Below, piece by piece: positions 39,401 to 47,176 of a stretch of 64,000 nucleotides of DNA; positions within the stretch are counted from its first letter, which is position 1; the number at the start of each line of letters is the position of its first letter. The DNA is from Nitrospinales bacterium. GTDB taxonomy: Bacteria; Nitrospinota; Nitrospinia; Nitrospinales; VA-1. Below the pieces are notes generated by a model. That model did no database searches. It worked only from the letters and a program-made list of their open reading frames with translations, and was not told the DNA's origin. The position numbers were made by a program, and so were the translations under genes. The stretch lies in assembly GCA_965223345.1 (NCBI GenBank), contig CBDCWG010000012.1, positions 2,048,001-2,112,000 on the forward strand. Direction: 5' to 3'.

Positions 39401-39560
39401 GATATTCCGTCAAGATGATCACCTGAACGTCGCTCAAATCGGGGATCGCATCCAGAGGCGTGTTGAGCATGGAATACACGCCCCAGGCAATGAGAAACAG
39501 GGTGCCGAGCAGAACCAGAAACCTGTTTTTGAGCGATTGCGCGATGATTTTTTTCAACAT
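36387..39560 (-). CDS. cusA: CusA-type Cu(I)/Ag(I) efflux RND permease
   Basis: PLDAIPDLSDVQVII, GPDATGVGWV, GAMIDG, EFMPPLNEGDLLYMP, DPAPLSMIET, WTMPIKTRIDM (Met triad). Start MLKKII at 39560. Confidence 0.95.
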   Translation of the reverse strand: MLKKIIAQSLKNRFLVLLGTLFLIAWGVYSMLNTPLDAIPDLSDVQVIILTEYPGQAPQIVEDQITYPLTTAMLSVPFAKVVRGYSFFGLSFVYIIFEDKTDMYWARSRVLEQLNFVAGRLPRGVNPALGPDATGVGWVFEYALVDTTGQHDLAELRSIQDWYLRYELQTVPGVSEIASIGGYVKQYQVEIDPNKLIAYDIPLHRVSMAIKRSNNDVGGRLLEMSETEFMVRGLGYIQSREDLEKIPLGVDSKGTPIRVRDVAHVKLGPELRRGLVELNGEGEVAAGIVIMRYGENALEVINGVKRKLEVLKAGLPEGVEIRTVYDRSALIHRAIETLKETLIEECLIVALICLVFLLHLRSCLAAIVTLPIGVLMAFIIMNQQGLNSNIMSLGGIAIAIGAMIDGALVMVENAHKHLEHHRGTKNHWQIIYEAAAEVGPPIFFSLLIITVSFLPVFTLQAQEGRLFSPLAFTKTYAMAAGALLSITLIPVLMGYFVRGRILPQRKNPINWILTALYKPVIWLVLRIKAGVILIAVLVVLVTLIPLKKLGTEFMPPLNEGDLLYMPTTLPGISITKAKELLQQTDKIIRQFPEVHHVFGKIGRAETATDPAPLSMIETTIMLKPEEQWRPGMTVKKLVDEMNAAIQFPGLTNAWTMPIKTRIDMLSTGIKTPVGIKIAGDDLNTLQALGERIESVVNTIPGTLSVFSERVVGGNYFDFTIDREEAARYGLTIGDVQDIIQTAIGGMNITTTIEGLERYPVNLRYSRGLRDDINKLQRVLIPTPRGEHIPMAQVAKIDIKKGPPAIKSENARLNAWIYIDLKDIDVGTYVENAREIIAKEIALPPGYSLIWSGQYEYMERAQARLKIVVPFTLLIIFLLLYFNFKNITESLIVMLSLPFALVGGIWYIYSLQYELSVAVVVGFIALAGLAAEIGVLVLTYIDHEFKRKMKNGGIRDLHDLREVVFKATSERIRPILMAVSATFAGLLPIMWGSGTGSEVMKRIAAPMVGGMVSATLLSLIVIPAIYAFVLEHRLKQNEMPEAAPDKEISYAQTEKASP

Positions 39561-39585
39561 GGGAATATCCCTTTCATTCCCGGTT

Positions 39586-41391
39586 TCATGGTTGTGGATG
39601 GATGTGAACTGCACCTGGAGGATGTGGCCCGGAATGTTTCATTTCCTTCGACTGCGTCTTGGGATTTTTGCCGTCCATGGTTTTCTTCATCCAGGGATCT
39701 TCCACCGTCATTTTCTGTTTTGGCTGGACGGGAGGCGGCGCCTGCAATTTGCTCAGAGCTTCCTGAAGACGGCTTTCCGAATCCAATAGAAAGCTGGAAG
39801 AGATCACCACCCGCTCTCCGGCCTCAAGCCCCTTGAGCACCTGGTAATATCCATTTGCCTGTGGCCCCAGAGTGAGCTTGCGGGACTCGAACCCGCCGGA
39901 TGCGGTCTGGACGATCGCAATCTCTTTCTCTCCGGAATGAATGACCGCCTGTTCCGGCACCGCCACGGCTCTTTTGGCGATGATGGATTTCAGGATGACG
40001 TTGGCGTACATGTCCGGTTTCAATTCCCATTTGGGATTTTCAAATTCCATGCGCACTTTCAGCGTCCGCGACTTGGGGTCCATGAACGGATCGATGTAGG
40101 TGACTTTTCCCCTGAATTTCCTGCCCGGATAGTAAGACAGGCTCATCTCGGCCTTTTGCCCTACCTTGATCCAGGGCAGCTCGTACTCGTACACATCCGC
40201 CATGACCCAGATGTTGGAAAGGTCGGCGATGGTGTACAGGCTCATGCCGGGTTGCACATAGGTGCCTTGCGATGCATTTTTTTTGACCACGAAACCGCGG
40301 AACGGGGAATGTATGTGCAGGGTCTTGGTGATCTTTTTATTGCGGATCAAATCCTCGATCTGGTGCTCGGGCACGTCGAACAGTTCCAGCCTGCGGCGCG
40401 TGGATTCCCAGAGCCGTTCGGCCCCTTTGCCGATTTCGGTGAACGGGCTGTCCTTCAGGGACTCCTTGTATTTCATGGCCAGAAGCAGCTCCTCCTGGGT
40501 GGACACCAGATCCGGGCTGTAAATCTCCACCAGGAGGTCGTCCTGGTTCACTTCCTGTCCTGTGAAATCCACATAGAGCTTTTCGATCCAGCCTTTGTAT
40601 TTGGTGTGGATGTGGGTCACCTTCCTCTCATCGTAAGCGAGGATGCCGACGGTCCGGATTTCACGGCTGAGCTTCCTTTTTTTCACGATTTCGGTTTTGA
40701 CGCCTATGTTTTGAGTGACAGCCGGCTGAATGCGAATGCCGTCTTCCGGTTTCCCTTCCTCTTCATAGACAGGGACGAGATCCATCCCCATGGGCGATTT
40801 GCCGGGCTTGTCGGAGGTGTAGCCTGGATTCATCGGTGCTTGCCAGTACTTGATCTTTCGCTGCGGAACCGCTTGAGGAGAAGGAACCTGGACCGGTTTT
40901 TTTTCGATCGCTTTCGTGACCGTTTCTTCCACCTTCTCTTTTACCGGCGCCATCTTCTCGAAGATCGAATTTTTCCATTCTTTCAGCGTATGGCGGGTGG
41001 TTTCGATCGTTTGCGGCTGGGTGAAATGTCCCAGGAAAAAAAACAGAACCAGCAGCGCACCCCAAGCCAGGCCGCGGAGCCAGAATGTTTTCTTTTTGCG
41101 TCGCACTCCGGTTCTTTCTTTTTCCACGGGAAAGATGATCTCCTCGTCTCCCGGCCCCGAATCGATCTCTTCCACCTCGTCGCGCACGCTGAGAAAACGA
41201 ATCGATCGCAGGAAGAACCTTTTCATTCGCGAGAAAAACCAGAGAACCCCCTCTGAAAAACCCGAAATCACCTTTTCCTTGAGAGTCGGCGGTGCTTCGC
41301 GTTCCAGGTAATCCCGGAAAAAGTCTTCCTCTTCCCCAGGCGGGGTCTTGTGGATGTCGTCATCGTTTTTCATGTCGTTTCCGTCGTTCAT
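39586..41391 (-). CDS. cusB: CusB-type RND adaptor with long acidic N-terminal extension
   Basis: YWQAPMNP..KPGKSPMGMDLVP metal motif, GWIEKL, YSPDL..QEE, LKPDMY, FLLDSES. Start is uncertain (41373/41391/41430). Confidence 0.9.
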   Translation of the reverse strand: MNDGNDMKNDDDIHKTPPGEEEDFFRDYLEREAPPTLKEKVISGFSEGVLWFFSRMKRFFLRSIRFLSVRDEVEEIDSGPGDEEIIFPVEKERTGVRRKKKTFWLRGLAWGALLVLFFFLGHFTQPQTIETTRHTLKEWKNSIFEKMAPVKEKVEETVTKAIEKKPVQVPSPQAVPQRKIKYWQAPMNPGYTSDKPGKSPMGMDLVPVYEEEGKPEDGIRIQPAVTQNIGVKTEIVKKRKLSREIRTVGILAYDERKVTHIHTKYKGWIEKLYVDFTGQEVNQDDLLVEIYSPDLVSTQEELLLAMKYKESLKDSPFTEIGKGAERLWESTRRRLELFDVPEHQIEDLIRNKKITKTLHIHSPFRGFVVKKNASQGTYVQPGMSLYTIADLSNIWVMADVYEYELPWIKVGQKAEMSLSYYPGRKFRGKVTYIDPFMDPKSRTLKVRMEFENPKWELKPDMYANVILKSIIAKRAVAVPEQAVIHSGEKEIAIVQTASGGFESRKLTLGPQANGYYQVLKGLEAGERVVISSSFLLDSESRLQEALSKLQAPPPVQPKQKMTVEDPWMKKTMDGKNPKTQSKEMKHSGPHPPGAVHIHPQP

Positions 41392-41451
41392 GGTCCCGCT
41401 CTTTTTAAGGCGGGGATTCGCTCCCGCCACAAGTTGGTTACCATTCCGGAA

Positions 41452-42726
41452 TCAAAACAGGGTTTTCCCGACCACCTGTTCCAGTTCCGCCAGGTTTTTT
41501 TCATAGTCCGTCAGTTCTTGGTGGTATTGGGTTTCCCAGCGCAGCAGGGTCACCTGGTTGTCCAATAGGGTGAGAAAGTCCACCTTGTCCACTCCGTAGC
41601 CCGCGATGGCGCTTTCCAGCGACTGCCGGGCCTGGGGGAGGATGCCTTTGCCGATGAGTTGCAAAGTTTCCGTCCCTCGCTTCTCCTCATCCATCAGCTC
41701 TTTGATGCGCAGGAAAATTCGGTTTTTGGCTTTATGAAACCCTTCCTGGGCCACCTGGACCCGGTAGCCTTGCTCCGCCACCTTGCGGCTCTGTTTGGTT
41801 TTGTGCCAGAGCGGAATATTGATGCCCACAAAGGCGGAGACAAAGTCCGGCCGATCTTGAAACGCACCGTCTTCCCGCTGACCGTATTTGAACCCGACGT
41901 TGAAATTCGGATAGTATTCCTTCTCCGCCAGTTTCCTGGATACCAGATAGCGCTCCTTCTGCAGCCGGAATTCCTCCAGAATCGGACGGTGCTTTTCCGC
42001 CAAAGCCTGAAGTTCCTCGATTTTGTAGGTAAAAGAGGTTTTGGCGATCCCGTGCGGAATCGTGAGCGGAGCCTGGGGCATTAGGTCCATCAGAGAATTG
42101 AGCTTGGCCTTCTCCGACTCTTTGAGCTTGTCGAGTTTGATCAGCTCATCCCGGATCTTGGACAATTCCACCTGAGCTTTCAGCACGTCCTGCTGCAATC
42201 CTTTTCCCACCGAATATTTTGATTCGGTGATCGTGACGAACTGTTCCAGAAGCGTCTTGTTCTGCCGGGTGATGTCGATGGCGGCCAGAACGAAGCACAA
42301 CTCGAAATACGACTGCTTGACCTGCCGGATGACGGAGTGCTTCAGTTCCTCAAGATTTTCCTCAGCGATATCGACGTTTTTTTGCGCCATTTCCGTGCGC
42401 AGGCCCAGTTTCCCTGGAAACGGCAGTTTCTGGGAAATCACGATTTCCTTCTGCGTCACCGGCTCCTGGTCGAAAGCGAACGTGTCCACCGGCAGATTTT
42501 TCAGCGCAAAGCGCAGAACAGGATCATCCAGGGACCCAGCCTGAGAAGGAATCTCCTGGGAAACGCGAATCTGGTCCTGTGCTTCCCGCAATGCCGGGTT
42601 GTTTTCCAGGGCAATCGCAATGAAGTCTTTCAACGTTTGCTTGAAAGACAATTCCTCCGCCAGAGCAACTCCGTTGGAAAAATAGAGCAAGCAGATTGAT
42701 GCAATGAAAAATAGCGTCCGTTTCAT
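41452..42726 (-). CDS. cusC: TolC-family outer-membrane channel of the Cus system
   Basis: Signal peptide, ALENNP.L, SQKLPFPGKL, NIPLW, YGVDKVDFLTLLD. First gene of the CBA operon. Confidence 0.88.
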   Translation of the reverse strand: MKRTLFFIASICLLYFSNGVALAEELSFKQTLKDFIAIALENNPALREAQDQIRVSQEIPSQAGSLDDPVLRFALKNLPVDTFAFDQEPVTQKEIVISQKLPFPGKLGLRTEMAQKNVDIAEENLEELKHSVIRQVKQSYFELCFVLAAIDITRQNKTLLEQFVTITESKYSVGKGLQQDVLKAQVELSKIRDELIKLDKLKESEKAKLNSLMDLMPQAPLTIPHGIAKTSFTYKIEELQALAEKHRPILEEFRLQKERYLVSRKLAEKEYYPNFNVGFKYGQREDGAFQDRPDFVSAFVGINIPLWHKTKQSRKVAEQGYRVQVAQEGFHKAKNRIFLRIKELMDEEKRGTETLQLIGKGILPQARQSLESAIAGYGVDKVDFLTLLDNQVTLLRWETQYHQELTDYEKNLAELEQVVGKTLF

Positions 42727-42863
42727 GGTTCCCCCATAGGCAAGCGGTCGTACCGCTTGCATGCGGTTTCATCCTCAAGGCGGAACAAGCCGAAAGAGAA
42801 CGAATCTAATTAGCCCAAATGGGCATAAATATATATACTGCTAAAATAAGGGGGTGAAACGGA

Positions 42864-43136
42864 TTATCTTGGAGGGTGATAGAGGGGAACGGTATGGGGT
42901 TCCGGGAATTCGATTTTCCCGTCCGAAAAAGCGTAGTCCATCGTCAGGGGTATTTCAATTTTCGGGGATTCCGATGCCATGGGAACGGTGCAGGGAGCAC
43001 ACAGGACCTGGCGGGCGCAGTCCATGTTGTCCATATTGTGGGCCGTCGCCTGCACTTGACACACCCCAAGCGCAAAAACCCCCAGGAAGGTCAATGCAAT
43101 CAAAAACCATTTTATTTTTAAGGTTTTTCTGAACAT
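42864..43136 (-). CDS. Small leader protein with signal/TM, C-x5-C-x2-C and C-terminal YHPPR
   Basis: MFRKTLKIKWFLIALTFLGVFALGVC..HNMDNMDCARQVLCAPC..PHTVPLYHPPR. Upstream of cusC, with its own promoter and SD GAGGA. Confidence 0.75.
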   Translation of the reverse strand: MFRKTLKIKWFLIALTFLGVFALGVCQVQATAHNMDNMDCARQVLCAPCTVPMASESPKIEIPLTMDYAFSDGKIEFPEPHTVPLYHPPR

Positions 43137-43159
43137 ATTGATTAGATCCTCTAATCTTC

Positions 43160-43187
43160 AGTATATTCCCTCAGAAAAACCTGTCAA
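43160..43187 (-). promoter_or_regulatory. Sigma-70 promoter for leader + cusCBA
   Basis: TTGACA-16 nt-TATACT on the minus strand. Confidence 0.7.
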
Positions 43188-43440
43188 GCGATGTCATTGT
43201 GTTTCAGTAATTTCTGTTTTGTTTCCGATATTTAAAAGCCCCAAATATTTTATTCTCCTGGTTTGATTGATTTCAAATGATGCGCCGATTCACGGGCACG
43301 GATGAAGCAGGAAAAAAATGAAGGGTCTTAATTTATTGAAAAGAATCTCTGTATTCAAAGTCGAAAAAAAAGTGCTTGACTCGGAAAAATAAATTGCTAG
43401 AAGTGCAGCATAACTATATCGCAATTTCATAAAATTTAGC

Positions 43441-43737
43441 ATGAATATGGCGTCGAAATGTAGATTGCTAGCTGTGGGGTTCATACTGATTTACATCTTC
43501 GCCGCAGGAAACCTTGCCTCCGCGTTCGCTCACCATACACCCCACACACACCATTCAAACCACGAGCATCATGAAGATTGTGCGATGGAGATGGACTGCA
43601 ATTATTGCTGTCTAACCACGCCATCAAAGTCTCTGGATCTGGTATTTTTATTTCCTCTTTTAAATAAAACGAAAGACCTGACATCCATATTGGAGATTCT
43701 TTGCATCGCTCCTCCTTCTCCCCCTCCTAAAAAATAA
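43441..43737 (+). CDS. Small His/Cys-rich leader-like protein ending in polyproline
   Basis: Signal peptide (..AFA), HHTPHTHHSNHEHHEDCAMEMDCNYCC, C-terminal IAPPSPPPKK. Confidence 0.65.
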   Translation: MNMASKCRLLAVGFILIYIFAAGNLASAFAHHTPHTHHSNHEHHEDCAMEMDCNYCCLTTPSKSLDLVFLFPLLNKTKDLTSILEILCIAPPSPPPKK

Positions 43738-44147
43738 TTTTATTCCCATAAATTCTTACGTCCATCTGGGTCGCTGCCTTCTCAGAATGCAGGGAGTCGT
43801 GTGAACGTGCATGTTCCGGTTTCTTGAAAACGGGTTGAGCAATCTTTCCCGATTGAACGGTTTTATGTGCACGTCACTCCTTACTGCCTTTGTTAGGAAG
43901 GCTCCCCCAAAATAAAGGCGTACTTCAACTCAAGCAAATCAGTGGAAACCGTTTCCCGATTCCGGCGATGGGTTTGGATGTAGAGACCGCATGCCGAAAA
44001 TTTGTGTGCGGATCGCTGCTGCCCTGATCCGGGTGATCGAAAGATGTTTTATTGTGAATTTTTCGGTCCGGACGGGAGTGCTTGAAAATACCAACCAGCG
44101 ATGACTCCATGATTTTCGCTTCATGGACGAAAATAGATGAGGATAAG

Positions 44148-44840
44148 ATGAATCTCGATGACAAGAACGTGTTTCAACGGTTCTCGTATCATGTGAAGGA
44201 AAGAGGCTTTAAAAATACTTTCCGTTGGAAAATTTACCAGAAAGTAATGAGTAAATTTTCCAATTACTATTTTGATTACAAATTCGGAGTGGAAACCAGA
44301 ACCATCGTTCCACTAGATCGGCTAAAAATCATGAGTGAAAACAAAAGCTGCGGTGTGGATTATTGGCCCACGAATTACTATCTCTTGAAGAACGTATTCA
44401 GTAATTTGCGGCTCAATTTCTCAGAAAGCAATTTCGTGGATTACGGTGCTGGGAAGGGGAGGGCCATGCTGTTTGCTTCCCAATATGGTTTCAAGAAAGT
44501 AAAGGGAATCGAGTTTTCCAGGGAGCTGTCGCAAATTTGCCAAAGAAACATACGCACCTATTTAAAAAAGAAAAAGCAGTTCTTTGATTATCAAATTTTA
44601 AATATGGACGCAGTAAATTATCAAGTTCAAAACGAGGATAACGTCTTTTATTTCTATAACCCATTCACGGAAAGGGTTATGGAAAATGTTTTGGTCAATA
44701 TCGATGAAAGCCTGAAGAAAAAGAAAAGAGACATCGCTTTGATCTATGTGAATTCTGATTTTTCCGAATATTTTCAGCGGCGGTACCGGCAAACCTATTT
44801 CAACGACAATATCCTGGAAACCCGGATATTTAAGAATTGA
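44148..44840 (+). CDS. Class I SAM-dependent methyltransferase (low GC)
   Basis: FVDYGAGKGR, GIEFS, FYFYNPF. ATG 44148 follows GAGGA. Confidence 0.85.
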   Translation: MNLDDKNVFQRFSYHVKERGFKNTFRWKIYQKVMSKFSNYYFDYKFGVETRTIVPLDRLKIMSENKSCGVDYWPTNYYLLKNVFSNLRLNFSESNFVDYGAGKGRAMLFASQYGFKKVKGIEFSRELSQICQRNIRTYLKKKKQFFDYQILNMDAVNYQVQNEDNVFYFYNPFTERVMENVLVNIDESLKKKKRDIALIYVNSDFSEYFQRRYRQTYFNDNILETRIFKN

Positions 44841-44938
44841 GATGAGGGTAAGCGTGCCTCATTTTTGAGTATTTAGCCCATGATAAATTTAATTGTAATA
44901 AATCGGGTTTAGCCCTTATGGCTGGAGATGGAGGGAAA

Positions 44939-45625
44939 ATGAACGGTATGAATCTATTCCAAAGAACAAGACGCTCGATTAAAGAAGCAGGCCTTGTTAC
45001 TACTATAAATGAAAAGCTGGTGCTAAGAATGTGGAACGGAATTTCTGATTATGTTTTTGATAATAAGTATGGCGTTGAAACAAGAAAGTCGATACCGCTT
45101 TCAAAATTAACAATAAAAAGCGTAAATAAGTGTAATGGCATCGACTATGATCCCGTCAACTATTTTATTCTGAGAGATATCTTTGTATCATTGAGTCCGT
45201 GTTTTAACAGAGGCAATTTCGTGGACTTTGGATCGGGCAAGGGAAGGGTCATGCTATTGGCATCCCAGTATGGCTTTGAGAAGATAATAGGTGTTGAGTT
45301 CTCTAAAAAGCTATGTGATATCTGCAAAAATAATTTATGCAAAACATCAGAATGGAATGAAAGAAAGAATAAATTTCAAATTGAAAATATAGATGCTGAA
45401 AAATACTATCCAAATAAAAATGACCGCGTGTTCTTTTTCTTCAATCCCTTTAAGGGGCGGGTTTTAGATTCTGTGCTGGACAATATAGATGCTAGTTTGA
45501 GGGAGCATGAAAGAGATATCATGTTGATCTATGTGATGCCGGTGCAGGCTGAAAATTTCAAAAAACGTTACAGAGAAGTATGTGTGTTAAAAAATATTGT
45601 AGAGACAAGAATATATGTGAATTAA
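44939..45625 (+). CDS. Class I SAM-dependent methyltransferase (low GC), paralogue of the preceding gene
   Basis: FVDFGSGKGR, GVEFS, FFFFNPF. Start is uncertain (44918-44948). Confidence 0.85.
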   Translation: MNGMNLFQRTRRSIKEAGLVTTINEKLVLRMWNGISDYVFDNKYGVETRKSIPLSKLTIKSVNKCNGIDYDPVNYFILRDIFVSLSPCFNRGNFVDFGSGKGRVMLLASQYGFEKIIGVEFSKKLCDICKNNLCKTSEWNERKNKFQIENIDAEKYYPNKNDRVFFFFNPFKGRVLDSVLDNIDASLREHERDIMLIYVMPVQAENFKKRYREVCVLKNIVETRIYVN

Positions 45626-45771
45626 CCAAAATGGATGCGTAAAGTGCTTTTTTTAAGTTTTCGTTGAAAGGTGAGCTAGAAAAAAAATATTATGCTTTTA
45701 GTAATTGGAGGGTGGGCAAAAGTATGATGGCAGTTTAAATTAAAGGAGTGACAGGCAAAATTATAAAATTA

Positions 45772-46094
45772 TTAAATTTGCGAATTTATTTGAACGCCAG
45801 TCTTCAACTTGTCGAGATAATTTGCCCAATCCTGCATCATATTCCGGCCTTCGGGAAGGTGTGCCGTTCGATTGTGAGCGCGCCCGTTTGGGTCACGCAC
45901 GACGAGGCGAGTTGGTGTTCAATTTAATCCAGGTGAGATCCCAGAATTTCATCCAGAATCGTCCGTTCATCCTTGCCGATTCCCATCCTTCGCATGGCCG
46001 CGAGGATAGCGTTGTCGCTCACCGGCTGGTCTTTACTTCGCGCCTCCGGAAATACGTAGAGCCCTTACTGAGTCAAAGTCTGCAATTTTTGTAG
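45772..46094 (-). pseudogene. Degenerate C-terminal fragment of a P4-like tyrosine integrase
   Basis: Manual translation: YVFPEARSKDQPVSDNAILAAMRRMGIGKDE/RTILDEILGSHLD*IEHQLA, frameshift, VRDPNGRAHNRTAHLPEGRNMMQDWANYLDKLK. Has internal stops, lacks the HGFR box, and the catalytic Tyr position is His. Confidence 0.88.
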
Positions 46095-46296
46095 TTTCCT
46101 CAAAATTTATGCGGCAGAGGGACGATTTCTGGGTATTGGCTTCGAGAAACAGGAAGCTACTTTCCCGGAGATAGGCTGGCTGCTTTCATTTGCACCAGGG
46201 TGTCCAGAAACCCCATAAGCATCTATGATCGTGGCATAAAAAACCATTATTCATAATGCTTTATGGATCTTTCGGGATATCCAGGGATGAAAAGAT

Positions 46297-46371
46297 TGGT
46301 AGCCCCAAGGGGAATCGAACCCCTGTTTCCGGCGTGAGAGGCCGGCGTCCTAACCCCTAGACGATGGGGCC
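46297..46371 (-). tRNA. tRNA-Glu(CTC)
   Basis: GGCCCCATCGTCTAGGGGTTAGGACGCCGGCCTCTCACGCCGGAAACAGGGGTTCGATTCCCCTTGGGGCTACCA. Cloverleaf, anticodon CTC, encoded CCA. Confidence 0.97.
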
Positions 46372-46458
46372 GCGTGCGATTGCGGGATGCGGGTGTCCGG
46401 CGTGGCCGGATCGTATGTCTGGTTGTTTTTATGCCCGGGCCGGTTCTGTTTTACCGGC

Positions 46459-46938
46459 TCAAAATCCGGGTTTGTCCATGATCGGCGGTCCGCCGCCCTT
46501 GGAGCGCCGCTGCTTTTTCTTTTCCTCGCGAATCCGTTGTTCTTCCTCCAGATCCCGCTTGTTCACCTTGGAGATCAGATACACCATGAGCGGGTAGGCG
46601 GGCAGCGACATGACGCCCCAGGTGGCGAAAAACATGCCCTGCGGCGACATGGGGCTGGAATCCGCGTTCTCACTGCCGGTCATGCCGGTGAAAGCGAGAA
46701 ACAGCATCAACCCGAACAGCATTCCCAGAAGCGAACAGATGGCGGTTTTGTGCAGCACTTCGTTGGGGTACAATCCGGGAACGACGGGAAATTCCGTGAC
46801 GTAAGCTCCCAGAAGGCCCAGCGTGCCCATGATGAAAATGGCCGCCATGAGAAAATCGGTGGTGATGGCCCAGGTGGCGACAACCAGATAAACGGGCGCC
46901 CAAAGACCGACGATGAAGGGATTGCGGTATATATTCAT
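46459..46938 (-). CDS. Hypothetical 4-TM membrane protein between two tRNAs
   Basis: Four hydrophobic segments and a charged tail. Host-like codon usage. No family recognised. Confidence 0.7.
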   Translation of the reverse strand: MNIYRNPFIVGLWAPVYLVVATWAITTDFLMAAIFIMGTLGLLGAYVTEFPVVPGLYPNEVLHKTAICSLLGMLFGLMLFLAFTGMTGSENADSSPMSPQGMFFATWGVMSLPAYPLMVYLISKVNKRDLEEEQRIREEKKKQRRSKGGGPPIMDKPGF

Positions 46939-46978
46939 GAGTTAGGACCGGGTTGGATTGGGCAAAAAAAAAAGGAAA

Positions 46979-47052
46979 TGGCTCGGGCACAAGGATTCGA
47001 ACCTCGACTTTCAGGGCCAGAACCTGACGTCCTACCATTAGACGATGCCCGA
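46979..47052 (-). tRNA. tRNA-Gln(CTG)
   Basis: TCGGGCATCGTCTAATGGTAGGACGTCAGGTTCTGGCCCTGAAAGTCGAGGTTCGAATCCTTGTGCCCGAGCCA. Anticodon CTG, CCA end. Confidence 0.97.
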
Positions 47053-47078
47053 GTGTCAATTCCTTTGGATTCGAGATC

Positions 47079-47107
47079 ATCATAGATTCATATTATTTTA
47101 CTGTCAA
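47079..47107 (-). promoter_or_regulatory. Sigma-70 promoter of tRNA-Gln
   Basis: TTGACA-17 nt-TATGAT on the minus strand, 26 nt upstream of the tRNA. Confidence 0.8.
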
Positions 47108-47176
47108 CCCCAATTCCCGGAGAGGCAAGCGTTTGAAAAACAGAGTTGAATTTCAATCCGAAAGGGAGCGCAAACG

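Noticed and set aside
29270..41256. Plus-strand ORFs of 402, 376, 518 and 439 aa
   Set aside because: Antisense to GAK and cus genes; no independent evidence.
45822..46094. 90-aa plus-strand ORF
   Set aside because: The opposite strand is clearly an integrase remnant.
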